Shown piece after piece: positions 1 through 12,071 of a stretch of DNA of 64,000 nucleotides. A program made the translations under genes and the position numbers. The stretch comes from Octopus sinensis (lineage: Eukaryota): NCBI RefSeq assembly GCF_006345805.1, contig NC_043007.1, positions 19,406,001 through 19,470,000 on the forward strand, written 5' to 3'. Positions within the stretch are counted from its first letter, which is position 1; every line of letters starts with the position of its first letter. Below the pieces are notes generated by a model. That model was given only the letters and a program-made list of their open reading frames with translations. It was not told the origin of the DNA and did no database searches.

Positions 1-179
1 GTCTGGCACTTGTGCAGGTGGCACGTAAAAAGCATCCACTACACTCACGGAGTGGTTGGCATTAGGAAGGGCATCCAGCTGTAGAAACACTGCCAGATCA
101 GAGGTGGCCTGGCGCAGCCTCCTGGCTTCTGAGAACTGTCCAACCCATGCTAGCATGGAAAACGGACGTTAAACGATGA

Positions 180-183
<4 letters not shown>
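1..183 (+). mobile_element. 3' end of RTE-clade LINE (family D) with (GAT)n tail
   Basis: GGTGGCACGTAAAAAGCA...GGAAGGGCATCCAGCTGTAGAAAC...CATGGAAAACGGACGTTAAACGATGATGAT. The same 3' end is joined to RTE coding sequence at 51466-52288. Other approximate copies: 6150-6295+, 7975-8150-, 12515-12740-, 13360-13700-, 15910-16152-, 22320-22610-, 30640-30870-, 31740-31972+, 41305-41392+, 41500-41625-, 43940-44130-, 54606-54787+, 59650-59812+, 60160-60720-. Confidence 0.85.
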
Positions 184-237
<54 letters not shown>

Positions 238-625
238 ATAGTTAAATAGATAGACAGACAGATAGATACAGGCATAGCTAGATAGACAGAGAGTCAAAAA
301 GATAGCTAAATAGATGAATAGACAGAGAGATAGGTATGCGCATGCGCACACACAAACTACAGTTTATACAGCTTATATAATTGTCATATGAAAAGTGTCA
401 CAACAGAAGAGTGGGGGTGGGAGCGGGGGGTGGGAATGGGGGGGGGGGAGGTGTCTGCACACATTCAGGAAAAACGAAAAATAAAAAAAAGAAAGGGGAA
501 AAAGAAAAAGAAACATATCTTTGTGTCCGTATATAATAATGTATACACCTTCCTATTGCCGTGAGGAATATTCAACCATATTATATGTGAGCCTGTGTGT
601 GTGTGTGCGCACACGCATGTGTATG

Positions 626-676
<51 letters not shown>

Positions 677-1134
677 TATATATATATATATATGGGTATA
701 TAATATATATATATATATGGGTATATATATATATATATATATATATGGGTATGTATGTGTATGTATATAAGTATATAAATATATGTGTTTGTGTGTGTGA
801 GTATATATACACATATATATATACATATGTGTGTTTGTGTGTGTGTGTGTGTGTGTTTATTTGTGTATGTGTATAAATATATATATACACACATACATAC
901 ATACATACATTCATACATACACACACAGAGTCATAGTATGGAGAGAGGAAGGACAAGAGATCTAACTGAGCCGATAATAAGAGGAGAGTGTTTATTGATG
1001 GTGGTGGTGGTGGCGGTAGTATTAGTGGTGGTGGTGGTAATACCAACAGCTGGAGTGGTCCCAGCAACACTGTCACCGGCAATGTTTATACAGGAGGGCC
1101 AGGCGCACTACACACACACACACACACACACACA

Positions 1135-1165
<31 letters not shown>

Positions 1166-2050
1166 CACACACATATGCACACGCATTGCAGTTTATATGT
1201 AATGATATATAATCCATACATATACACACATATACATACATGTAAGCAAACAGACAGACAGACACACACACACACACATGTACACACATATGCAAATACA
1301 GCTGCCACAGGCAAAAACTTACGCATTCATGCAAACACACACACACACACACAAATAGACTCAAGCAAAAACATATACTCTTTATCTTTATTCTTTCTTA
1401 CATATATCTACATACATGTATATACACATATACATACACACAAATACACACACACACACACACACATATGTATATATACACATATATACACACATATGCA
1501 TACATACATATACATGAATATATATATATATATATACATATGTTTATACATTTACATACATATGCATACATATATACACATACATCAACACATATATATA
1601 TATAAATATATTCATACATACATACATACATACATACATACTACATACATACGCACTACATACATACATACACACACACTACATACATACATACACACAC
1701 ACACACATACATACATACATACATATATATATACATACATATATAAACAAACATGCATACATATACATACATATGTATGTATGTATATACATATATGTGT
1801 GTGAAAGTATATATATACATAAATACATATCTATATATTTATGTATGTATGAATGTATGTATATATATATGTCTGTGAAAGTGTGTGTGTGTATGGATGT
1901 ATATATGTATGTATATACATATAAATGTATGTGTAAGTGTGTGTATATATATGTGTGTGTGTGTTTGTGTATATATATATGTGTGTGTATATATATATGT
2001 ATGTATGTATGTATATGCCGAATGCACATATACATACATATATACACAGT
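184..2050. repeat. Compound (TA)n/(CA)n/(TACA)n microsatellite field with a short (GGT)n run
   Basis: Directly visible. It accounts for the Y/I/H/T and V/C/M/Y ORFs. Confidence 0.95.
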
Positions 2051-2199
2051 GACCTAAGTAGAGACAGACAGACAGACAGTAATGGAGAAGCAGAGAGAGG
2101 GTAGTGCATCGGAGGTGCAATGCAGCTGTGTCTCTCCCATACTTCAATACCTTTGGCTGTGAATGTTTCACTGAGTGGTCTACCAACCAGCAAAGTGTT

Positions 2200-3030
2200 A
2201 TGTCTACACCATCCACTACCACCACCACCACCACCACCACCACCACCACCACCACCACAAACAATAACAACAACAACAACAACATTTATTTAGACCATCA
2301 GCACTAACTCTAATACCAACAGCTGATAGCATTACTCTAGTCATTTTGCAACACCACCACCACCACCACCAACACCACCACCACCACCACCAATACCACC
2401 ACTACCACCACCGCCGCCACCACCACCACTACCACCGCCATTGACAGCAACAGCTGATTAGTCTAACAATACTACTAACTCCTGATTGCACTACCACCTT
2501 CATCTAACGCCATCACGACCACCATGACAACCACAGCCACTACAACTGTTACGACTATTGTCATCGCTACCACAACTGTTGCCTCCGCCACAACCATCAT
2601 CATCACCACCACCACTAAAACCACTACCACTATTATCATCACCACCACCACCACTACAACTACAACTAATACTACAACTATAACTGCCAGAACTATCACC
2701 ACAACCATCACCACCATGATCACTGCCAACATCACCACTACCACCCACACCACCACCATAACCACTACTGCTGCCACTGCCATCACTACCATCATAACCA
2801 CTACTGCTGCCGCCGCCACCACCACCATAACCACTACTGCTGCCGCCACCACCACCACCACCATAACCACTACTGCTGCCGCCGCCACCACCACCATAAC
2901 CACAACTACTACCACCGCCACCACCACCATAACCACTACTGCCGCCACCACTACCACAATCACTACCACTGCATCTACCACAACAAATACAACCACCACA
3001 ACTACCACCGCCACTGCCACCACACTATAT
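2200..3030. repeat. Degenerate (ACC/ACT/GCC)n trinucleotide array
   Basis: Directly visible. It gives the spurious poly-Thr and poly-Val ORFs. Confidence 0.9.
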
Positions 3031-3109
3031 AACTATTACAACACTGATACTTCAGCACAGCCTCACAACACTCCACCATTACAATGTCACCTCAGCATTT
3101 TCCCACGAA

Positions 3110-3775
3110 TCAACCAGAGGCGCTCTACATGGTTGCTCAGTCTGCTAGAAACAGCAGCCATATCGCTTTTAAATCACATTCAAATCTCTTCAAAAAAACA
3201 GGAAGGACAGACCGGATAAAGTAGTCCAAGATACACTGTGCTTGAAGAAAAATCTAAACACCAACTGGATAGTCGTAGGACTTTGATCATTGGTGCTGCT
3301 TGGTCAAGGCCGACCTAGGGCTAAACAGCAACAAATGTTACGATAGTGATCCATGGAGGGTCCCTCCAGTAACAGAAATAGCAGTCAAATCTCTCTTGTG
3401 CTACATCTTGCTGTCTTTAAAAAGGAAATTAGGCATTGGATAACGTACATAGTCCTATTTATATATTATCTCAATGGGACTGTCATGGCTGGAATATCTT
3501 AAATGAAAGGTATGCTTGAGGCTAAACAACAGCAGCATGATCACTAACCGACTAACAAGGTAACCTCTATGGGGTTAGTCTATCTGCTAGAAATAACAAC
3601 CAAATTTCCCTTGGAGGCTATGCAACATTCTTCAAAAATTGAAGGATACAAGTACGATATAATATAGTCTCAGTGTATAATATAGTGTAAAAAAAAAATG
3701 GGATGGTCACATCTGGAACACATGTAACTATAAGTTTGCCTCTATGTGAGCTGACCTGGGGTTAGAATGTAACAA
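3110..3775 (+). mobile_element. Three decayed tandem copies of an interspersed repeat (family E) ending ...GGGCTAAACAAC(AAC)n
   Basis: Recurrent motifs CTAGAAA(C/T)AGCAGCCAAAT, GGATGGTCATGGCTGGAAT and GACCTGGGGCTAAACA. Also at about 6405-6600-, 18040-18215+, 24930-25010-, 37110-37170+, 45900-46215+ and 63780-63960-. Confidence 0.65.
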
Positions 3776-4281
3776 CAGCACTCACACACTCAAATAGATA
3801 TTCATAAATGCACAGACATATACACACACATACACATAAGTTCACACGCATTCAATATGGAAAAAAAATGCCTCACAAACACAGGGGCACATATATACAC
3901 ACATACACAGATACACAAACATATGCATGCACGTGCACACACACAAGTGCACACACACAAGTGCACACACAAATACCATAAACACATACATCAATGTACG
4001 ATGGTTGCTTCCATCTCGTATAAGACATCTGCGCTTCACTTGATGCTATCGTGGCACATGCTTCTATGACATGTGTGCCACCCTTTTAATACCAAGTGAC
4101 AAGCAAGGGCAAGATCAGTAAGGACCACTTTCTATAAAAAGGGATTTTCTTTTAGATTTTCCCAATAGAAAGATACTATTAAGTGAGCAAGGGTTTGGTT
4201 TTGCAGTTTCCCTTACTTTAAGGGGTTTTACTGAAAACGTAGATACAAATCTGGGTATTTCTATGATCCCCATGCCTTACA

Positions 4282-4443
4282 CCATACTTTAACATGTATA
4301 AGGAACCCTTTTTTGTCGAAAATTAGGTTTAAAAAATATGGGAATTTCTTATACATGGATAGCATTATAATCCCTTACAAAACCTTTTTTCAAAATTTTA
4401 AGCACCCAAAATTAGGGGGTTCTTTATACATGTTAAAATATAG
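4282..4443. mobile_element. Tc1/mariner-type MITE relic
   Basis: About 24-bp terminal inverted repeats TACTTTAACATGTATAAGGAACCC / GGGTTCTTTATACATGTTAAAATA. The right end is followed by TA. Confidence 0.6.
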
Positions 4444-4469
4444 TATATATGATATATACAGCCTTATAT

Positions 4470-4622
4470 ATGGTTGTATGGTAAGAAGCCTGATCTTCAA
4501 CAACATGGTTCTGGGTTCAGTTCCGATGTGTGGCACCTTGGGCAAGTGTTTTCTACTATAGCCTTGGGCTGACCAAAGCTTAGTGAGTGTATTTGGTATA
4601 CAGAAACTGAAAGAAGCCCATC

Positions 4623-4658
<36 letters not shown>

Positions 4659-5500
4659 ATGAATATGGTACTTAATTTAGATGCACCAGAATTTTGTATG
4701 GTGTTATCCATAAAAATTTGCGGGGTGATTATAATCAAAAATAAGCAACAAGAATGACTCCGGTAATTTGGTACAATTGTTTTGCACTACAACACTTTAT
4801 TAAAAGTTGTAAGTGTGAAACAATTGTACCAAATTACCGGAGTCATTCTTGTTGCTTATTTTTGTATATATATATATATAGAGTAAAGGAATTTTGTTAA
4901 CATCTTCGTTCGACTCCATTCTTTAATTTATTCATATACAACACACAAATTTCTGCACATGAACCCGGAGTTTCTACCCTTGGACAGGTCGCTTCAACCG
5001 TGTTTCTGACGTGAATTTGCTACCCTGGTTTCGGTTCAACGAATTTTCCATGCTGACGATAAACATAGGATAATTCATTCACCTATTTATATATATATAT
5101 ATATATATATGTATATAATTTCCATACAGAGCAAATAATTCACGAGAAAAAATAAATCACGGGAAAATAATTTGTGAAGGTATCATTGACTCTATTATTA
5201 TGTAGTGTAACAATTTGAAAATGATAACAGAATTTATAATATAGGTGATTGCAGGTCCCCAAAAAAAGTATTAAATACATATATGTATGTATATCTATAT
5301 GTGTGTATGTTTCTGTCTGGGTTTGTACCCTTACCATTGGTATTGGTATTTGCATCCCTGTAACTTAGTGGTTCAGCAAAAGAGACTGATAGAATAAGTG
5401 CCAGGCTTAAAAAATAAGAACTGGGGGTCGATTTATTTTACTAAAAATTCTTCAAGGCAGTGCCCCAGCATGGCCACAGTCTAATGATTGAAGCAAGTAA
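4470..5500 (+). mobile_element. SINE family B split by insertions in its internal microsatellite (5' half about 4470-4625, 3' half about 5325-5500)
   Basis: GGTTCAGTTCC...GGCACCTTGGGCAAG...GAAAGAAGCCC, and later CCCTGTAACTTAGTGGTTC...GCATGGCCACAGTCTAATGATTGAAGCAAGTAA. Confidence 0.75.
4736..4864. repeat. Perfect 47-bp inverted repeat (hairpin, 35-nt partly paired centre)
   Basis: 4736-4782 is the exact reverse complement of 4818-4864. Confidence 0.95.
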
Positions 5501-5679
5501 GAGGTACGAGATGAATGTAGAAGATGACCTGGCTGTGCAGTAAAGAAGGGTGCTTTGCAGCAGATGGGTGGGGGCGGGGTTTAATCCCATTGTGTGTCAT
5601 TTTGGGGGAAAGTCTTTTACTGTAGCCCCGGGTTGACCAAAGCCATGTGGGTGGAATTGGTAGAGATGGAAAGGGAAAG

Positions 5680-6056
5680 AAGTCTGTGTATGTGTGTATG
5701 TAGGTATGTGTGTATGTATGTATGTGTGTATATATATGTGTGTGTGTAAGTGTGTGTGCATGTATGTGTGTAAGTATATATATGTGTGTGTGTATGTGTG
5801 CATATGTGTGTAAGTATATATGTGTGGGTGTGTACATGAATGTATGTATGTGTATATGTATGTATGTGCATGTGTATATATGTGTGTAAGTATATGTGTG
5901 TGTGTGCGTGTATGTATGTATGTATGCATGCATGTATGTGTGGGTGTATGTATGTGTGTGTATATGTGTGTATGTATATATATGTGTGTTTCCATGTATG
6001 TGTCTATGTATGCATGCATGTATATGTATGTATCTACGTGTTTATGTGTGTAAGTA

Positions 6057-6092
<36 letters not shown>

Positions 6093-6135
6093 TGCATATG
6101 TGTGTGTATGAGACAGAGAGAGAGAGAGAGAGTGA
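5680..6135. repeat. (TG)n/(TATG)n/(GA)n microsatellite field
   Basis: Directly visible. Confidence 0.95.
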
Positions 6136-6974
6136 GAGAGCATGTGTGGGTGGTTGAGTCTCCTTGTTTTGACATTGGAAAATATTGCCTTGCCAGGAGA
6201 CAGGGAAGGGCATCTAGCTGTAGAATCTCTGCATCATTAAACTCTGTCTGACCCATGCAGGCACGGAAAAATGGATGTTAAAACAGTCATGATGACGCAC
6301 GTGTGTGTGTGTGTGTGTAGATATAAGAATAGCGGTGTCGCAGTGGAAGTATAGGTGTGCTACTATGAACGAGTAGCTGTGCCACAATGTTGTTATGATC
6401 ATTGTGCAACCCTAGGTTGACCATCACTGAGCACAGTTATTATCAAAAGGGTCTAGCCATGACCATCCCATCCCTTTTGCTTTTTCCCAAATATCTAACA
6501 CTTGGTGAACCATTGTCTGAGAAATTTCATCTTTTTAAAATGATAGGACATTTAAAGAGCATTTGGCTGTGATTTCTAGCAGTTCAAGCAATCCTGGTTA
6601 GAGCATGTAGCAGTAGAATTATGTTGAACTATAACTATGTTTAGTGTGGAAAAGTATGGAAGAACATACATCATCTGTTAGGCTTTTATTCTTTCTCTCA
6701 CTCTCCTTGACTTTAGTAAAAGACACTGGCCGGGTATGGAAGGTGATACACTGTGTCAGGATTTCACCCTACCTCTTTTAGTCACCCCCACCTCACTTCT
6801 TGTCTATCTGTCTGGCTATCAATTGTTTTGTATATATCTCTGTTCGTTCTCTTGAATATTTAGTCATATATTCAAATATCTGTGTCTGCCAACCAGTGAA
6901 TCTGATGGCCTGTTAGTTAGCTCATCAGTCTGCCTGCCTGCTTGCCTGCTTGCCTGTCTGAGTGTCCTTCAAGT

Positions 6975-7380
6975 AGTCAGTCTGTCAGTCTGTTTGTCTG
7001 TCACATAATTAATCTGCCTATCTGTCCGATAGTCCTAGTCCGTCAGACTGTCTGTCACTCAAACAGTCAACCAGTCCATCTGTCAGACAGTCAATCAGCT
7101 TATCTGTCTGTCAATCAGTCTGTCAGTCTGTTTGTCTGTCACATAATTCATCTGCCTATCTGTCCGATAGTCCTAGTCCGTCAGACTGTCTGTCACTCAA
7201 ACAGTCAACCAGTCCATCTGTCTGACAGTCAACCAGTTTGTCTGTCTGTCAGTCCGTTTGTCTGTCACATAATTAATCTGCCTATCTGTCTGATAGTCTG
7301 TCAGACTGTCTGTTGTTCAAATAGTCAATCTGTCAGACAGTCAACCAGTTTGTCTGTCTGTCAATCAGATTGTCAGTAAC
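6975..7380. repeat. About 138-bp higher-order tandem repeat built from GTCT/GTCA units (about 3 copies)
   Basis: CAGTCTGTCAGTCTGTTTGTCTGTCACATAATT recurs at 6978, 7116 and, shortened, near 7245. Confidence 0.8.
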
Positions 7381-7878
7381 GCTACCTCTATATTTACCTG
7401 GCTGTTTGAACCTGTTTGTCCAACTCACTCAGTTTATTTGTTTGTTTCCTGACTCTTCCATCTGTCAACCATTTTGACTGCTTGTCTGTCAATCTACCTG
7501 GCAGTCAATCTGCCTGCCAGTCAAAACTACCTACCCATCTATATTAGTTGATTAGTTCATCCGTCGGCCAACCTATCTATCCACTTTATATGTCTGTGTC
7601 ATGATTTGGAAGTCCAATGTAATTTGATATACTGAGTTCTAGCGAGTTTTGAATAAATTAATGCATAAATAGCCACCAAAGAAGTGTGTGTGCGTGTGTG
7701 AGTGTGTGTATGAGTCTGTTTATGTAAATACTTGTGAGATCAGCTCAAGAAAGGACCTCCCCGAGTGGGACCTTGCCTTGTCAGGTAATTTTCAACACCT
7801 TTCTCGGGTTGCTCATGTATAAAGAGTTTAGCTTTTTGGCATGGCATTTGTAAACTGTCCAAGACGGATGAACTAATA

Positions 7879-7913
<35 letters not shown>

Positions 7914-8175
7914 AATAATAATAATGATAATAATAATAATAATAATTAATGATGATAATAATAATAGTAATCATCATCATCATCATCATTTAGCGTCCGT
8001 TTTCCATGCTAGCATGGGTTGGATGGTTCAACTGGGGTCTGTGAAGCCGGAAGGCTTCATCAGGCCTAGTCAGATCTGGCAGTGTTTCTACGGCTGGATG
8101 CCCTTCCTAACGCCAACCACTCCGTGAGTGTAGTGGGTGCTTTTTACGTGCATATAATAATAATAATAATAATAA

Positions 8176-8204
<29 letters not shown>

Positions 8205-8206
<2 letters not shown>

Positions 8207-8685
8207 CTTTCTTTTATATGTACAAGGCCTGCAATTTTGTGGGAGGGGACATGTTGATTACATTAACCCAGAATTTCACTGGTACTTATTTTATCAACCC
8301 TGAAGGGATGAAAGGCAAAATTGATCTTGGTGGGATTTGAACTCAGAATGTAAAGACAGATGAAATTCTGCTAAGCATTTTGCCTGGCATGCTAACGATT
8401 CAGTCAGCTCACTGCCTTAATAATAACAATAAATAATAATAATTATTATTATTTCTACTTTCAGTACAAGGCTTTGAAAATTATGGGGTAGGGGCTAGTT
8501 GATTATATCGACCCCAGTGCGTAACTGGTACTTATTTTATCAACCACGAAAGGGTGAAAGGAAAAGTCGACCTTGGCAGGATTTGAACTCAGAATGTAGC
8601 AGCAGATGAAATGGTGCTAAGCATTTCGACTGGTGTGCTAATAATTCTGCCTGCTCACCACCTTAATAATAATAACAACAACAAA

Positions 8686-8739
<54 letters not shown>

Positions 8740-8953
8740 GGTTTTAAATTTTGCCACAGTGGCAGCAGTTTTGGGGGAGGGGATGAGTCAATTACATCAA
8801 CCCCAGTGTACAATTGGTACTTATTTGATTGACCCCAAAAGGATGAAAAGTAAATTCAACCTCGGTGGAATTTGAACTCAGGACATAGCGACAGGCGAGA
8901 TACCACTAAGCATTTCGTCCAACATGCTAACGATTCTACCAGCACACCATCTT
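8205..8953 (-). mobile_element. Three same-orientation copies of tRNA-derived SINE family A separated by (AAT)n (8205-8418, 8452-8664, 8739-8953)
   Basis: Reverse complement of GGCGGTGAGCTGGCAGAATCG (box A), GAGTTCAAAT(T/C)CC (box B) and CCTTTCATCCTTTCGGGGTCGATAAAATAAGTACCAG. The central block resembles the recalled Meta/Sauria-SINE domain. Confidence 0.85.
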
Positions 8954-8959
8954 AATTAT

Positions 8960-9458
8960 AATTATAATAATAATAATGTGCATGTATGTATGCATTTATG
9001 AATGTACATATGTATGTATGTATTTATGTATGTATGCATGTATGTGTGTATATATGCATGTATGCATATATGTATGCATGTAAGTGTGTGTGTGTGTGTG
9101 TGTGTGTTGTGTTTTGTGTGTGTATTGCTATGCAGTTTACAAAAGCAAAGAAAAATTCCTCAAATTCAAAAGTGTAAATATTTATTGTAGGGTTGATATG
9201 GCAAGTAATCTTAGAACTGCAAACACACACACACACACACATATGCACGCACACTCACACACACACACACAAACACACGTTCTGGGTCTGTGTATAAAGG
9301 AAATTTATGTATATTTTATACATATGATAATAATGTATGCATATGCACACACTCACATGCGTGCACGTGCATGCACACACATACAGATAGAGCCATATTT
9401 ACACAAGCCAAATATTTGTGTACTTAACATCGTGAAATACACACACACACATATATAT

Positions 9459-9499
<41 letters not shown>

Positions 9500-9716
9500 C
9501 ATATATATATATACATACATATATATAATACATACATATATATATAACTCATATATATAATATATATAATACATATATATATATATACATACATATATAT
9601 ATATACATACATATATATATATATACATACATATATATATATATAGACATACATATATATATATATACATACATATATATATATAACATACATATATATA
9701 TATATATAATATATAC

Positions 9717-9749
<33 letters not shown>

Positions 9750-9756
9750 CATACAC

Positions 9757-9791
<35 letters not shown>

Positions 9792-10153
9792 CATACACAT
9801 ATATATATATATATACATACACATATATATATATACATACACATATATATATATATACATACACATAATATATATATATATATATATATACATACATACT
9901 ACATATACATATATATATATATAATATACATACATACATATACATATATATATATACATACATATACATATATATATATACATACATATATATACATACT
10001 TACATACATACATATATATATATATACATACATACACACACACATATATATATACATACACACACACACATACATATATACATACATACACACACATACA
10101 TATATACATACACACACATATATATATACATACATACACACACACATATACAT

Positions 10154-10186
<33 letters not shown>

Positions 10187-10225
10187 CATACATATACATA
10201 TATATACACACATACACACACAATT
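8960..10225. repeat. (TA)n/(TACA)n/(CA)n microsatellite field
   Basis: Directly visible. Confidence 0.95.
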
Positions 10226-10672
10226 TATTTCTATCTTAACTCCCTTCTGTCTCTATAAAATATGCTGTGTGTGTGTCTGTGTGTGTGTGTGTGTATCATT
10301 CTCTCTTTATCACCTACACACAACACATGCAAATGTATTTCACAGTATAAAATCAAATAAGAAAAAAAATAAAATAAAATAAAGCAACAACAAAAAAAAC
10401 ATACAAACAACGTTTATCCAGTCTCTGGTTGAAAATCTCTGCTAAATTTAGAAGACAGCGGCGCCATCTACTATGTAACTATTGATTTATACCTATTTTG
10501 GCTACATTCTGTCCGACCAAGTCCAAGATGCCTCCATTAGCACCTATTTCCATTAGAATCACTGTCAGTATATGTCTGTCTGCGTTAACACTTTTTAAGC
10601 ATTAGCTTCTTTGGGGGTGGGCCAGCAAGGAAGGATTTTATGTGGTTGGTTAACCTGCAAAGAACGAAATCT

Positions 10673-11340
10673 AAATATCGCTCCTGTCACTTCTTACTGT
10701 TTTCAAGAGAAAGACACAATTGATAATATATTCCAAGATACACAATGCCAGAAAATAGTTGCTAAATATCCCCCCTGTCACTTCTTACTGTTTTAAAGAG
10801 AAAGTCACAGTTGATACTCTTACTCTTTTACTCTCTTTTACTTGTTTCAGTCATTTGACTGCGGCCATGCTGGAGCACCACCTTTAGTCGAGCAACTTGA
10901 CCCCGGGACTTATTCTTTTTGTAAGCCCAGTACTTATTCTATCGGTCTCTTTTGCCGAACCGCTAAGTAACGGGGACATAAACACACCAGCATCAGTTGT
11001 CAAGCAATGCTAGGGGGACAAACACAGACACACAAACACACACACGCATATAAATATATATACGATGGGCTTCTTTAAGTTTCCGTCTACCAAATCCACT
11101 CACAAGGCTTTGGTCGGCCCAAGGCTATAGTAGAAGACACTTGCCCAAGGTGCCACGCAATGGGACTGAACCCGGAACCATGTGGTTGGTAAACAAGCTA
11201 CTTACCACACTCCAAGATAAACAATGCCAGAAAATAGTAACTAAATATCCCTCCTGTCACTTCTTACTGTTTCAAAGAGAAAGACACCATTGATAATGTA
11301 TTCCAAGATACACAATGCCAGAAAATAGTTGCTAAATATT
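10673..11340. repeat. 91-bp tandem repeat (about 4 units) interrupted by a SINE
   Basis: AAATATC..CCTGTCACTTCTTACTG... starts at 10673, 10764, 11243 and 11334. Confidence 0.9.
10816..11210 (-). mobile_element. SINE family B, near full length
   Basis: Reverse complement of the head GTGTGGTAAGTAGCTTG...GGGTTCAGTCCCA...CCTTGGGCAAGTG, an internal CA/TA tract, and the tail GCATGGCCGCAGTCAAATGACTGAAACAAGTAAAAGAG. Confidence 0.9.
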
Positions 11341-11765
11341 TCTCACATCACTTTTTACTTTCTTGTAGATAATGAAGTCCAAGATACTCAATGGTTGGGA
11401 ATAATGACAGAATGGACATAAACGAGTTATTCCAACAAGATTTCGCTGAATTATTATTAGTGGGTGCCAGCCATAGAAACCATACCAAAGTAGACACTGA
11501 AACAAGGAACAGTCCTCCAACTTGTCAGATCCTATTAAATCATACAACCCAGGTCATCCTGTGTGGAAACCAGATCTAACACACAGAGGATTTGTCCAAG
11601 TCTCCAATCTGGATTCTGTCTGTGTCTGACTTAGAATTTCTTAAACCCTTTGGCATTCATATTACTCTATTAAATGTGATGTATGTTTGTTCCACTTGCT
11701 TTAAATTAATCATGTATTATCTTATAGCTTCAAGATTTCGACGATGTGATTGTTTACTCCAAGAG

Positions 11766-12071
11766 TTTGTTTGTTCCTTGTCGAGCCATGCCTGGCTCAT
11801 AAGGGCCGGTTTCCCGGTTTCATTGGCATATAGGTTCCCCACCTGGACGGGACGCCGGTCCATCGCAGGTGAGCTGCAAAGATGCAGGAGGAAAGAGTGA
11901 GAGAAAATTGTGGCTAAAGAGTCAGCAGAAGTTCGCCACTACCTTCTGCCAGAGCCGCATGGAGCTTAGGTGTTTCGCTCATAAACACACACATCGCCCA
12001 GTCTGAGATTTGAACCTGCGTTCCCTTGACCACGTGTCTGCTGCTCTAACCACTAGGCCATGTGCCTCCAC
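11766..12071 (-). mobile_element. tRNA(Arg-like)-derived SINE family C with V-domain-like core
   Basis: Minus strand GTGGAGGCACATGGCCTAGTGGTTAGAGCAG...GGTTCAAATCTCAG and CTGCGATGGACCGGCGTCCCGTCCAGG. Copies at 17084-17396-, 44333-44638-, a variant at 48150-48541- and an older relative at 54873-55125+. Confidence 0.85.

Noticed and set aside
413-448. Canonical G-quadruplex motif
   Set aside because: The pattern is real, but it is isolated among microsatellites with no functional evidence.
785-1804. 339-aa ORF and the many similar H/T/Y/I or V/C/M ORFs across the window
   Set aside because: Translations of dinucleotide and tetranucleotide microsatellites that lack stops by construction. No domain content or splice signals.
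2524-3219. Mucin-like poly-Thr ORF
   Set aside because: A trinucleotide array running into a family E repeat, open on both strands, and antisense within an intron.
10458-10469. YY1/CTCF-like GCGGCGCCATCT motif
   Set aside because: A single short motif expected by chance in 64 kb, with no supporting context.
11345-11430. Plus-strand acceptor followed by a possible exon
   Set aside because: All frames stop quickly, the sequence matches family E, and it is on the opposite strand to the host gene.
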